Source of the DNA: Nemertoderma westbladi
Lineage: Eukaryota > Animalia > Xenacoelomorpha
Assembly: GCA_032718475.1 (NCBI GenBank)
Contig: JAUCBJ010002743.1
Span: 1-52,864, forward strand
Reading direction: 5' to 3'
DNA length: 52,864 nucleotides
Shown: positions 23,533 through 36,680 of the stretch, piece after piece
Layout: every line of letters starts with the position of its first letter
How positions within the stretch are numbered: position 1 is the stretch's first letter
Notes under the pieces: generated by a model
What the model was told of the DNA's origin: nothing
Databases searched by the model: none
What the model saw: only the letters and a program-made list of their open reading frames with translations
Position numbers and translations under genes: made by a program

Positions 23533-25550
23533 TACTACTACTACTACTACTACTAGGATCAGCATTGCAGCTGCATTTTTAAGAATGCTGTGCCGGCTTG
23601 TCCACAAAATTGCGCCGCAACAACTCCCTATCACCCATGACATTTTCTAGATCATCCGCATCTTTAAGGCCAGTGTCTTTTAAGATGCGTCTCAAGAAAG
23701 TCATGGGCTGTCCACCATGCTTATTCACTCTATGACGCTGCCAAAGTACAAGATTATGCACTGGCTGGTACTCACGGCGAAAGCAATGTCCTGCAACGCG
23801 AAGGCGATTTTGTTCTAGTGTCAAGCTTGGGGCAACCAATGAGACACCTCCAGAGTTATATAGTGTCTGGTTGGAGATGTGTACATTGTACTTGACACAA
23901 TGAACCCGGTGTAGCATTCTTGTGAATGTGCCATCCAGAGATTTGGTGTCCTCAGCAGTTAGAGCCCAGCATGGACTCCAATAGAGGAACTACTGCTGCT
24001 CTAAATAATCGGACCTTAAATTTCCGATTAATTCTCGGTGACTTCTAAATCCTGGAAAGCCTATTCAAGGCTGCCCATGCCTTTCCCTTACGTATTCGAA
24101 GGTCCTCACCTGACTTCCGGATCCATGATCCCAGGTAACAGAAGTCGTCCACATGCTCAAACATACCATCCTTCGAGCATATGTTCATCCGATCAGAGAC
24201 TTGCTGAGGACTTTCAAAGTTAACTGTAAAATTTTGGTCTTTCTGGAGTTAATAAAAAGACCAACACTAGAAGCAGCATGTTCTAATGAGCTGAGAAGCC
24301 GTTGCGCTCCCTCTAGTGATTCTGAGAGTACTCAGAAGTCATCAGCAAAGTCTAGATCAGTTAGGTACTTGGCAGGATTTCCACGACTTCTGGAGCCAGT
24401 AGGTGGAGTTATCATCACCCCATCATCATTATGATGATCTAAGGACATGCGTAGAAGATAGTCAACAACAATTATGAGCAAGAATGGTGCAAGTGTGTAT
24501 CCCTGGAGGACGCCCCATAACACTTCAAATGGTTCTGTGTCACCGTCAACAGTAGACACAAATGTTGTCAAACCATCGTATACTGATCTGATTGCTGCAA
24601 TAATTTCATCAGGAATCCCATATAATGAAAGTATGCTGAACATAGGTGAGCGAGAGACTGAATCAAAGACCTTGAAGATGTCAACAAAGATCACAGCCAG
24701 ATGCCTGTCTTTCTTTTTTGATAACTCTTCAATTATCCTTCTAAGTGCCAAAATTGGCTCCATGGTCCCACGACCTTTACGGAACCCATTCTGATTTCCA
24801 CGGAGCAGTCTTTCAATGGGATCCCTGATGCGATTTAATAGAATTCTATTGTATAGCTTTGCAGCAATCGAGATCAAAGAGATTCCCCGAAAAGAACCAT
24901 AGAGTGTTAGGTTGCCCTTCTTGGGAACTGGCACCAACTTATTTGTTTTCATTTCTTGTGGGACTCTTGTTGTTCGGTATATGTCTACTATGATGGGATA
25001 GATGAGCTTTAAACACTCAGGTATTTTAAAGACCTCAGGGAGAACACCATCTACTCCACTGGCACGATTGGTCTTAATGCTCTTTGCAGCAGCCTTCACT
25101 TCTGCAACGGAGATATCGCCAATGGGAATATCTGGGAGTACAGACTCAGACACTTTTACTTCTATAAAGTTATCAGTCAATACCCTCTCATTACTGAGTA
25201 GCTTTTCAAAGTGGGCCTTCCAACCATTGAGGCGATCGGCTGGTGATTCAGCCTTAACCTTGGTGGTTGGTTGGCTTTTCCACCCAGTAAGCAAGTTGAT
25301 CGATTTCCATGCCTGGGATGATTGCCTGCTGTCGTCAGCATCATTGATGGCATCAACCTGTTGGTTTATTAGGTTTATTAACAGAGTACTGCCTGTTCAG
25401 GGACCTAGATGCAGCCTTAACTGCATTCTTGGCAGCTGTAGTCTGTTTGAGTCGGGACTCTTTCTGCGCCTTATAGAGGTCATTTCGGCACTTCTGCATT
25501 TTGTTGTCAGTCCAGGGGGCCCTTTTCCTGTTTCGAGGGTATACAGGAAC
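23533..25550 (-). mobile_element. RTE-clade LINE, 5'-truncated and frameshifted, (TAG)n tail
   Basis: FRGISLISIAAKLYNRILLNRI, NQNGFRKGR, GVLQGYTLAPFL, LDFADD and C-terminal LRVAGHCFR. (CTA)n on the plus strand at 23533-23556. Confidence 0.9.
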
Positions 25551-25673
25551 TAATGTGGTACTGGACTGGAAAAAAGTTAAAATTGTTGTCAATTCCAAAT
25601 AGTTTCAAAACTACCTATTTATTCGATTCAAAATATTAAGGTTCAACTCGTCTTTTTTTCAACAGTTATTTTG

Positions 25674-26394
25674 TGTTTGCCGATGTAAAATTTTAAGCTG
25701 ATTCCGAATCTGAAATAAGTTTTTCAATAACTCGATTCGTTCTCGAGTTATGGCAACTTTTGTAATTTTCACCAAAATTTGTAGTTTTGGTGCAGCACCA
25801 GTTTAGACCATCAACAACCAAAAATTTCTAAATATTTTGTTTAAAAAAAAGTTACAGCATTTTTTGTTTCAAAAGTAATCAAAAATCGAAAGAAATAGAA
25901 AATTTCGCGATTTTTTACAAAAAAAATTTGCATTTTTTTTTTAAACAAAATGCTGTTTAATACAATTTTTGCGTGCAATGTTTCTATACATAATTATGTA
26001 AACAGAACGATAATCGGTTGAGTAGTTAAAAAGTAGATAGAGAAATTGTCCCAAAAAAACCAACACGAGAAAAAATGTCCTCCTTATTACAGCTGACTAA
26101 ATACAGTATGCACAAAAATTTTCCTTTAAAAGTTTTAAAAAAATGATCTTAAATTTTATGGTTTTGATACCTATAAGGTAAGTAATTTTCGGCGCTGATT
26201 ACGAAAATAGCAAAATATTTAGAAAGTGTTGGGCGTTTGATTGTCTTTTTTTGATGTCAAATCTGGTGCTGCACCAAAATTACAAATTTTAAGTGAAAAT
26301 TACAAAAGTTGCTATAACTCAACAACGAAACAACAACTTATTGAAAAACTGATTTCAGATTCGGAATCACCATAAAATTTTACATCGGCAAACA
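25674..26394. mobile_element. MITE with about 125-bp imperfect inverted repeats
   Basis: TGTTTGCCGATGTAAAATTTTA...TGGTGCAGCACCA (25674-25800) is mirrored at 26264-26394. Confidence 0.8.
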
Positions 26395-26566
26395 GACTGG
26401 GGGTAGCCACCCCCCCCCCCCCCCCCCCCCTTATCCAGCACCATTACATAGAGTATTATAGAGTACCGGTATCTATCTTTTGTCTATTTAAAAAAATCTT
26501 TCCATCCCTATCATTATAAGTGTAATAATTCGTCCAACATAATTATTGATATAAACAAAGAATATA

Positions 26567-27694
26567 TCAAGTTGAATCGCGGAAGAAATTATTCCGCACT
26601 GCGTACCGAACGCATTGCAGTATTACGTTACGTTCCCGTCGTATATCCTTAGCCAGTAGCATCTCCAAAAGCGTGGCGTTTCGTCGTCTTGGCAACTTTA
26701 ACACCAATTTACGCTTAACGACCGAGCCGATTAACGGGTTGACCCTAGCAACGGGGGCATGGTCTTTGGTCAATACGGGATCCCGAGATTGTGTGTCGTC
26801 AGCGGATGTTTGGGCGATGTCAGCGGTTGTTTGGGTGACGTCATCAGCAGATGGACTGGCATTATTAGTTGAGTGAGACTTGTTATCGGTTGAGTGCGCT
26901 GAGGGACCTGTTTTCCCTTCCTTACTATCGCTTACCCTGTTACCGTCCGATTTGGGTCTATCAATCTGCGGTCCCTCCGACCTCGCTAGACTCCCGAACT
27001 GCCTCGTGTCCAACACGTCCCCTCTATCAACCCGTCGCGATTTATTCGCCCTCTCCTCACTCAACTTGGCCGTCGACGGAAACTTGGCCTTGCGATCCGC
27101 CCGCCATTTGCTGATCTGTTCGTCGGTCTTCAGTTGGATGTGGATTCCCTTGAAGTGGGTGTTCTCCACGTGGGCCATGAGCACCTTCTCCGGGCCGCGG
27201 AACGAACACCCCTCCCACGTGCAACGCTCGTGGGAGGCGACGTGTTCTTCCAGTTTGTCCCGCGTCGCAAAGTATTTGTCGCACATGTCACACCCGTGTC
27301 CGGTTGGTTTCTTACGATTGTTGGATTTCCTTCGGTTGTAATTGAGTTTATTTCGTTGAGAGTCGAAACTATTATTCCCGGGTGGCGGGGCGCGGAAACT
27401 TATCGGTCTTCCCGGAAACGGGGGTGTACCGGTAGCACATCCGTAAGGAGGTCCTGGGGGATGCCCGTAGGGACCAACCGGAAATCCGTAACCTCCTGGA
27501 GGAGGTCCGTAAACTCCTGGAGGACGCCCGTAAACACCGGAAGGTGGACCGTAATGCCACTGTGGAGGTCTCCCGGGCCGCGACACGTACGGTAATCCAC
27601 GCGGCCCGCTGTTACTCCATTGATTGGTATTGGTACTGGAAGGCCGAATCGGTGGATTGTTGCAGAAGGGTGCGCTGTTATTATTCCACATCAT
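26567..27694 (-). CDS. NUFIP1: NUFIP1 (box C/D snoRNP assembly factor, Rsa1 family), intronless, about 375 aa
   Basis: Pro/Gly-rich N-terminus, two C2H2 fingers (CDMC...HVASH; CTWEGC...HVENTH), EQISKWRADRKAKFPS, and C-terminal TLLEMLLAKDIRRERNVILQCVRY. Confidence 0.93.
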   Translation of the reverse strand: MMWNNNSAPFCNNPPIRPSSTNTNQWSNSGPRGLPYVSRPGRPPQWHYGPPSGVYGRPPGVYGPPPGGYGFPVGPYGHPPGPPYGCATGTPPFPGRPISFRAPPPGNNSFDSQRNKLNYNRRKSNNRKKPTGHGCDMCDKYFATRDKLEEHVASHERCTWEGCSFRGPEKVLMAHVENTHFKGIHIQLKTDEQISKWRADRKAKFPSTAKLSEERANKSRRVDRGDVLDTRQFGSLARSEGPQIDRPKSDGNRVSDSKEGKTGPSAHSTDNKSHSTNNASPSADDVTQTTADIAQTSADDTQSRDPVLTKDHAPVARVNPLIGSVVKRKLVLKLPRRRNATLLEMLLAKDIRRERNVILQCVRYAVRNNFFRDST

Positions 27695-28013
27695 ATAATA
27701 GTTGAGTTGCACCGAACTGGAACTAAAGAGACCTGAATAACCGAGGAGTTAAGGAAACATACTGATCCGAAGTCACGATAGAATTTATCAATTACTCCCC
27801 AACCCCAAGCTGCCAAGCACAGAAACCATCGACAGGCAAACAGGTGAAAGGCGTGAAAATGTTTTAAATTTCCCTCCAAAATATTATTATTCCTATTTCC
27901 TACTAATAAGTACTATTATTTTCTTATGACTATTAATTTCAGGAATCAGTTTATCTGGTTTATTATGACGAAGGCGGGTTGCTTCCCTCGATATGCGCGG
28001 GGTGGGGGGATTC

Positions 28014-28682
28014 TTTTGTTACATTATGTCAACTTAACAGCTTTCTGGTGAATTATTCGTAACGCTGCAAAGTACTACTTTGCAGCGTTGCGGCCTATAG
28101 GACGGAACGCTGCAAAGTAATCAATGTCATGGAAACAACTTCAATTGCCGTATTCCAGAAAGTATTATTTCCATTTATGTAATGAGTGCTGCTTTTTTAT
28201 TATCCAGTTTACAGTGACGGGACTAGCTACTGTATGTAAATAATTGTTTAACGTGTACTGTAATCCATTATGGCGAAACGTCCAATAGAAGACACTAAAA
28301 TGACCAAAGAAAGTGACGACAGTGTTCAGTAAAACTGAACGGTCACAGACGGTGAATAAGTTTGCTTCAGTCGACTGTAGTGAACAAGTGAAGATGTATT
28401 AATGATTTATCACATCCATGCAGGCGATAACTTCCAATAAACTTTAATTATAGATATAAATGTATAATTAATAGGCCTACTGTGTACTGTTAATAAATTT
28501 CACTTACATGTATACTGTTGACATAGTTGACATAATGTAACAAAATGACATACATCATTGCTTGCAAAGGTCACTTTTCAGCGTTTGTTTATTTATGTAA
28601 ACCTCCCTCGCTTCGCTTGCGAGGTACATAATTAAACTCGGGTCATAACGCTGTAAAGTGCTACTTTGCACACAATGATGTA
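28014..28682. mobile_element. Non-autonomous element with two consecutive inverted-repeat pairs and palindromic sites
   Basis: Perfect 20-bp IR at 28014-28033 / 28526-28545. Second IR at about 28551-28585 / 28647-28682. 14-1-14 palindrome at 28061-28089. Confidence 0.55.
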
Positions 28683-29099
28683 AATGGTTATTAATTAACA
28701 CCACAGGTTCACTAATGTTTTTAATTAATTTGTTTTATACAGTATCAGGGTTGAGGCAGGATTTTTTTGGCCATATTCACGTCATTCGAATATATCACTT
28801 GTTGTCTGAATCGACATTACACTGTAGTTAATTATAGTTAATTGCACATTTATTGTATTTATATTATTGCTTTTTTTATTGTGAGTAACATTGCAAAAAT
28901 GTGATGAAAGTATCAAATTGATATCATCATATCATCAGCACTACAGAGCAGCTACTTTACTAATACTATGAATAATTATATGATGTCATTGATTATCTTA
29001 GGCATGTGTTGTGCATATGGTAGCCGATCAATCCTATTACAATTCTAAAAACAAAAATATCAACAAAACGGTGGCGGGAATGATGGAACTTATAGAAAT

Positions 29100-29341
29100 G
29101 ATCAACTCGGTTAGTTAATGCTCCTCACTCAATCTTAGCTGTTACCACTTGTAAGCCGGGGCATGTGGAGGTCGCTAAACCCTGTTCTTTTCTTCCCAGT
29201 ACATGCCTGCTTCCCATACTGCAATTAAGGTGGGCTGAGGCGAATTCCTTAGCAACAGAAACTGAACTGTTCCTTTTCAAGGGCTCGAACTCACGACCTT
29301 CCCGTTGGAAGTCTGAAGTTCTAATCCCCTGGACAACCCGA
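29100..29341 (-). mobile_element. tRNA-derived SINE
   Basis: Minus-strand head GGGTTGTCCAGGGGATTAGAACTTCAGACTTCCAACGGGAAGGTCGTGAGTTCGAGCCC with B box, followed by a non-tRNA body. Confidence 0.6.
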
Positions 29342-29599
29342 ATCTTTTATGACTGATAAGCCTACATACTGTATCATAAACCATAACTCATCCTAAACAT
29401 TATACTGTACTGAACCTACCCAACACATTGGAAACTTAGATATTTATACCTATATTATTATAATATTTATCACTTTCAGCTTATACTCCGACTTTATGAG
29501 TTAAACGCTGGGGACTCCCCTCGTGAACTAAACATTGATTTATTTTATAATCCGATCGATTTCCATCTCTAGGCTCTTTTTAACCTTTTTAACGTTTAG

Positions 29600-32500
29600 C
29601 TTATACTCCGGCAGGTATGGAAGAATCTCGATTTGGATGGAAATGGCGCTGCTGAGAACTTTCAGTTTGTTGTCGGGGCCATAACGCTGCTGGACGTGGG
29701 AAAGGCTGCATCAACGGACAATGGACCACTGGATAGCACGAAACAGGTAGTCGCATCTGAAATAATTTTTAAAAAAAAGTATCAATAATATACAATAGGT
29801 TTATATATTTGATATTTAACGGATTCTAATTCTAACAAAACTTTTCTTGTCATCTGATTAAACGAACACCTTATGAAAATCTTCCAAAGTTTCTATTTTA
29901 CAGAGGAAATTTGGATCCAGCGAAGAGGGGTTTGGATTTCGTCTCTTCAGTTTCAAGTCCTGTTGCTTAGCAATATATGTTGTTAACTGGATGAATGAGG
30001 ATTGGTTGACAAACATTTATAATCCAATTGGAGGTCGTTTTGTTTGCGAACAAAGGTTAATTTAATTTGGCCCTGTAGTATATATTTTAACATAAAGTTT
30101 GCATTTTATAGGTACTTTAATTAACATTGGGTATTGTAGTGTCATGGACTCCAAGTAGGCTGTAGTCACTGACTACTGAGTAGGAGGCCGAAACCATTAT
30201 ACCGTTATGTCTTTTTGGGGTGTCGTTTATGTAAAAAGTTATCGAATTTATAATAGAGGGAAATTCAAATTCTCACTTCATTCTTTATACAGAAGTTTCA
30301 ACATTCCAAAATATTATACAGTAGGTTTCTCTTACAAAACAAAGTTTTTTGAACCCTGGGAATCTAAATTAGAATTTATATACTTCTACTAACAGATATT
30401 TCCTCGTTGACGTTGAGGTATGTGTTTGTTGATTGGTTGTTATTAAGAAGACACTGACATACCGTGTGTGTTGTGTAGCCTATATACAAGGACTTTTACT
30501 TTTGACAGAGAGACCGACGTTCGATGAAAGACGGTCAGACCAGTAGTATATTATATACCTCTAGTATATATTACTAGAGACCCATCTCACATCTTTATTT
30601 ATATTGAAATATAAATATATCTATTAACATCTCGGGCCGAGAAACTCATTGACTTACTCATTTCACAATTAAAGACTCTGCACTCCATATGAATGAATGT
30701 CTTTCTTACTTTATCTAGTTACAGGACGAATTTCCATAATAAAGATATGGAGTTCAGCCGCAACACTATCATATTTAACGACAGATTCCAACGCCCGGGG
30801 TCAGCTGGGATTGTTCCGAAGGAAGTTAAACAGTTGGAATTGTTACGCGTGATGGGTTTAGTATTTGGAGTTGGTAATCTTTCAAAAAACGAGGAAAATA
30901 ATTGCGATAAGAACACAGCAATGGAATTCAATATATCTGACATTTCTGGAAACAGAATGGAACCGAAATATTCAAATTGCAGTATTTCTGAAATAAAGGA
31001 GACTTTGCAGACTGTGATGTCTATAAATCCTGCTTGTCTAGCAACCTCCCATGGCAACCTGGAATGCTCATGCACGCGTAACGGGGAGTATTGGTCTATA
31101 GGAAAACCTTGTCGATTTATATACTCAGACGCGAAACCGAAAGTCCGATGCAAAGTTCCGAGTTCTTGGTCGCCAGCTGTGGGGACTTACGATAAAGAAG
31201 ATTTAAAGGGAAAATACGGAATTCGAAATAACGATGTTTGGGAGTTTGATGTATCGAGTAAAGAATTGTTTAGTCTTGAGTCTGATCGGCGAGATGCTTA
31301 CGTAATAGAGTACTCATTGCTGGAATTGCGGAAAAACTCCAGTCGGTTTCGCAATTCATGGTTTAGGTGCTCTGCTAAGAATATAGCTATGGAAGAAACG
31401 GATACGTGTAAAGCAGGTATAGAGATTGAATATCCCGCTGGTGAGGTGAAAATAGGTCACGGAGTGGAGGGAGATGTTTCAGGGGACTTTATACACGTAG
31501 AAACTAGAAATAATAAGGGGTTTAGTTTAAAGTGTGAGTACACCGATGGTAATCCTAAGGCTGAGGTTGTGTGGCTGCAGTCTTCGTTCAACAGTCTGGA
31601 TACATATTATAATATTGGGTCCCCACTGGTCTCGTAAGGGGGTTGTTAATGATTCTGCGATCTACAGTTGTCATGTTATCACTAGGTTCTTCGATGGTAC
31701 CGCGGAGAAGGTTGTTAGTAATAATGTATTTGTGCATGTTGTTAGTCTGGAGAAATATGTAATGAAAGAAGGTGGTGAGTTTGTGTTAGAGGATGTAGTT
31801 GAAGAAAACGATACTATAGTAGTTGATAACGGTAGGATTAAACTAAAATGGGAATACAGAGTTTTAAAAAATACCAAATTATATTTATCTTGGGAGAGTG
31901 GGAACAACAAGGCTACTATTGGCCGTGGTAATTTTCTAATGATCTCCGGAACTAATATGGATGGGGAATATTCCACGACGGTTTATTGTGAGTTACCATC
32001 CGGGGATGTTATGGTCGCGACTATCAGCTTCCGTGTGGTTGCCAAGGATACAATGGCCAGTGGAGTTAAGAAACGACATAATTCCACGCGGGGAAACGTT
32101 AACAATGAAGAAGATCTCAATACAATCAAAGGTATGTTTTTAGTAATGTTCAATTCCATGGTTACATACTACACACTGTGTGGTTCACTGACAGTAGAGG
32201 CAATTAAATAATACCACCGAACTCTTTCCAAAAATATGCCAATGAATTTAAAAAAAGACCAACCATTTGATTAACAACTGATTATCAAGCGTACTGTAGT
32301 GGGTTAATTTTAGTTCTTATTTGAAGTTCTTAAAATCGTAAACAACATTACGACGTATTTATTCCTACTGTACGTTTGTTTACACATACTAGGTGTAGTC
32401 TCAACGCTGTCTCCGTCTGCGCTATCGAGGTCGTCTGGAGGGGATATAGGGCGTCTCTCATCGGCATCGGACTCAACAATCATAACCATCGCAGTATCAG

Positions 32501-34607
32501 TGGCGGTGTTGAGTGTGGTGGGGGTTGCGGTGGTGATTGTTTGCCTTAAGATGATGAGGAAGGACAGGTCCACGACAACGACAGAGAAGACCACTGTATT
32601 CACAAATATTGGTTAGTAAGTGAGTTAGAGACAATGCTAAGACACGTGTTCCATTCGTATGCTTCTCATGTCACACAAATTACATGATTTCAGGAGGACA
32701 CAACTCATGGAAAATGGGCCAAATTAAGTTTGACTAATTAATTAGTTGTGACAAACGATTTCCCATTGAAACCAATGTGTTCACAATATCTCTGCCGTTC
32801 AATGTGAAAAGACCGCAAATCAGAAAAAGTCATTTCGAATAAAACGCTAATTACTGTTTGCGTTCAGATTGTTGGTTTAAAATGTCCGTAAATTACTAAT
32901 TTTTTATAACCCTAAGCAATTTGGGGTGGGAAATTTTTCTACGTGATTATTTTTCACTTTCCATTAATATTTTTACTTCAGGATTATTTTTTGAACTTAA
33001 GGTGTTTTTGCATTGTACATGTAGGTACAACCTGTTTGTAAGTGCATTCGATACAATGCAAAACAAAACAAACACAAACACCGCAAGTCTGTCAGTTGTA
33101 CATATTTTGCATTGTATAAATTTAATGCACTCATTAAGGGGGCCATCCCCATCGACCCACTCCCCTGCGGTTTTTTAATTTGTAAATAACTCGAAAGTGG
33201 TTGCATAAACAAAAAAACTTGGAAACGGGGAAATACATATGAAATAGAAAAAAACAGCCCGAAATTTATAGAAGCTTAAGAAATTACCTATCATATGGGG
33301 CGCAAATTGCAAAAAAAAACGGGTTGAAAATTAGCAGTGGAGTAGTGTTTGTTTGCGTGAAAAAAGTCTCATTCCTAGAAAAGAGTTTAAATCTTCCGAC
33401 TCAAAACTGTCTGTCCAGGGTCTGGTTGGTTATTAATGTCTGACATGAAGGAAGCACACCACAGGGCTATAATTTTCATTATTGTGGTTTTCCAAATTCG
33501 TGATTTAATTTTCAATGTCAATTTTATGTTCTGTAGAATCTAGTCTGTCTGACTTTTGGTCGGACTCTGGCAGTCTGACAAAACTTACATTTTGACGATC
33601 AGACCCGCAGATATGGAGAGACAGTGAAAACTCGAAAACTAAAAGCGATCTCGCTTAAATCACTTAATAAGGAATTGTCATACTATTTAGCAGGGTAGGG
33701 TGGGTTCACCTCAGGTGACTAATGGAATTACAGTAATAACCACAGTAAAATTACAAGCTTTCTTTCTCCCATCAGGGCTTCTTCAGTTAATTAATGAAAA
33801 TGCATACAAACAGATCTCGCCAAGACATGTTCAGATTTGAAATTCTCATTAAATTCTGCTCTAATTCCGTAGCATACAGACATGATAAAACACCGCAAGT
33901 CACTTCGTGAAATTTCAATTTTGAATATCGCACCTTTTCTGCTAATAGTAAAAACCGCAAGTCAAAAGACACAAATTGCAATAAAACCGTATGTGCGTCT
34001 TCTTATTATGCAATGATAAAACACCGCAAGTCTGGTTGACTTACGGTTTTTTGCATAAATTTAAGTAGTTGCGGTCTTTTATATTGCACTTACGGTCTTT
34101 TACCTTTGTAACACTATACATATGGTATGACTTACGGCCTTTTTACATTGGATATCTCGAGAACTAGAGTAGAAACGGTCTTCTCGATTATACCAGTAGA
34201 TAGAGCGCATTTTTTAGACCCAGAAAAAGTGAATATTGGAAAAATGCGACTTACGGTATTTTCATATTGAATGGCAGATCTGTACGTCTGACCAGTGGGA
34301 AACGTTCCTTAAAATTGAGGGATCTTCACGTAAGTTGCTATACTACAGTAATAATAAATCTGTTATTAAATTAAAATTAACAATTACTGTTTGATTTACT
34401 GTTTTAGAACCACGGCGGCCGAGGAACAAGAGCTCGGAAGGCAAAGGTGTAGCGCATGTAAGTTTACCGGAACCCAAACGTCAAGATTCCTTGGACTCTG
34501 GGAGTTTACGTAGTGCTGCGTCGAGCAATAATGGCTCGGAGTTGTGCACTCTGGAAGCTGATGATGTAGATGAACTACAAACTAGTGGTGTTGTTAGTTT
34601 CAGATGA
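29600..34607 (+). CDS. Multi-exon type I membrane protein with Ig-like domain(s); exons 29600-29746, 29904-30055, 30719-32131 (frame break near 31630), 32393-32611, 34408-34607; 5' exon(s) not identified
   Basis: GT-AG junctions have matching phases (0, 2, 1, 1). Ig motifs SLKCEYTDGNPKAEVVW and DSAIYSC, TM segment IITIAVSVAVLSVVGVAVVIVCL followed by KMMRK, and a Ser-rich tail ending GVVSFR*. Confidence 0.7.
32791..34279. mobile_element. Intronic TIR element, probably with a nested insertion
   Basis: TCTGCCGTTCAATGTGAAAAGACCGCAA at the left end is mirrored by TTACGGTATTTTCATATTGAATGGCAGA at the right. Repeated ACCGCAAGTC subterminal motifs. Confidence 0.7.
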
Positions 34608-34871
34608 GTGATAGAATGGTTTCGTTATGAAGCTTAATGAACAGGTCTTATTACATTCTGCTGTGGTGGGCTATATTGCTATATATACAGTAATTATTAA
34701 ATATGATAGACAAATTCCCACAACACACCTTTCTTTAAACTATTTATTTCATTCGGCAATATCACACGCAATCACAATAAACAGGCTTATTCTTCCCATG
34801 TTTACTGAATATTATTTTATGTTGAAGTGCAGAATGGCAGACATATCCCACCCCCAAGTCACTACTGTAGT

Positions 34872-35138
34872 ACACCGTGTCCTTGAATATAGTGTCGTTA
34901 TAACTGCGGTATAACTGGTGCATTATCGAGAGAGACATTATTTTTAAACACTTGTAGCAAAAGAATAAAAGCAAAAAGAATAATTCTGGCTCACCCAGCA
35001 AGGAGGAGGAGGGAGGTGAAACTATCTCTGTTTCAAATTCCATGCAATCTCATTAAGATTTGTAGAAAAATTCGGGGGGAGGGGAGAGGGGAGGGTTCCA
35101 GCTACCTGAATAACGACACTATATTCCAGGACATGGTG
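34872..35138. mobile_element. Short MITE of the 21346-22423 family
   Basis: TA|CACCGTGTCCTTGAATATAGTGTCGTTA ... TAACGACACTATATTCCAGGACATGGTG|TA. Confidence 0.8.
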
Positions 35139-35553
35139 TAACATCTCAACTGTTATTTGCGCCGATTTTCCACCATCCATTTGGATTTCGTCAGCAGACC
35201 CCCCCCCCCCCCCCCCCCCCTCCCTAATTACAACCATCCGCCTCTGTCTACAGGCATGGGTTTCATATCGAACATAACTCACCCACCCATCTATCTTTAC
35301 TACATCATCAATATAAAGAGTCCATAATCAGCACGACATTATATTGGGTAATTTATTATACGAATACAAATCAATTAAACATAAAGATAATTATCTACAA
35401 TACAAAATCAAACTAAATAATGTATAACAGCTCAACAATAAAATTATATTATTTTGCACCGAGAAATAATAAAATCAAAATAAAGAACATTAAATTCGAG
35501 TAAACTCGAAATATCACAATTACAATAGAACTACAGACATAGAGCGATATCTA

Positions 35554-35870
35554 CCGGGTGTTCCATAATGATAGCCCGGCATAATCAATGCCCCCCCCCC
35601 CCCCCTGGCCAACCAAAACTGCCAGACATGCACCTTAGTGTAATATATCATTCGAAAGAGAATTTAATTCTGAGCTTGCATGCAAAAATGTAGGGTCCAA
35701 TACAACTTATTTTTCAATATTTGTGATTTAATCACAAATTAAAAAAAATAATTTATCCAGCGTTAGTCATCAGCTTTGGAGGTTGTAGCCTTGTTTAAAC
35801 AGTTATGACTGCCTGACTTATGCATGCAAGCTCAGAATTAAGGGGGGGGGTATCATTATGGAACACCCAG
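35554..35870. mobile_element. Tc1/mariner-type MITE
   Basis: TA|CCGGGTGTTCCATAATGATA ... TATCATTATGGAACACCCAG|TA, plus internal IR TTAATTCTGAGCTTGCATGCA. Confidence 0.8.
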
Positions 35871-36680
35871 TAGTTGAAATGTTTCATTTAAAGGCTACGA
35901 ACCAAAAATATAGCAATTTTACTTCAAGGATAAACTCTACAACATTACACCAAAAGGAAATTAAAAACAACAATGGAGTGAATGCTAGAGGTACTACGCG
36001 GACCTAAAAAATAGGGCGGGCTGTCATCACACTGAATTAAAAAAACATTGGACCACAGGCCTATTAACACTGGCCACATACCCTATAATGTACACGTAAA
36101 CGGGAGATACTAGCGGGTCAGGCTCAGGATTTCACGCATTTATCCAATCACAATGTAATATTTACACGTAAAAACCTTTTTTTTTAATAAACACACGAAT
36201 GCGGCACCTAAAGACAAAAATCAGCATGTTAATATAAAGGTTAGGATGTATTTTAATTGAACTGCACTAAGAAGTATCTGAGGTTATACACATATTTATA
36301 AACTGATTGAAGTTGAATCAATTGCGCTGACATAACAATAAAAACACTTAATAATATTATAGACATACCTGATTAATAGCTATGATTGTTTTCTTAATAT
36401 ACAGAACGAGAACACTGTTAAATACACCGGACAGTAAGGAAGTAATAAAATCCTAAATTACAATAGAAAATTAGTTATTAAATGATAAATTTATACAGGA
36501 CTTTGAATGAAAATCTGTTATCACCACCTGGAACCCCCGTGTACTACACCGGGTTGTCGTAAGCTCGTGTGTAGCTTCAAATACAAAGGAAATTATTCAA
36601 TTAAATTAGTAAACTGTTAGATGAAAGAAATGGGTAGACAATAAACACAAGATTATTCCATATAATACCATACGGCCATG

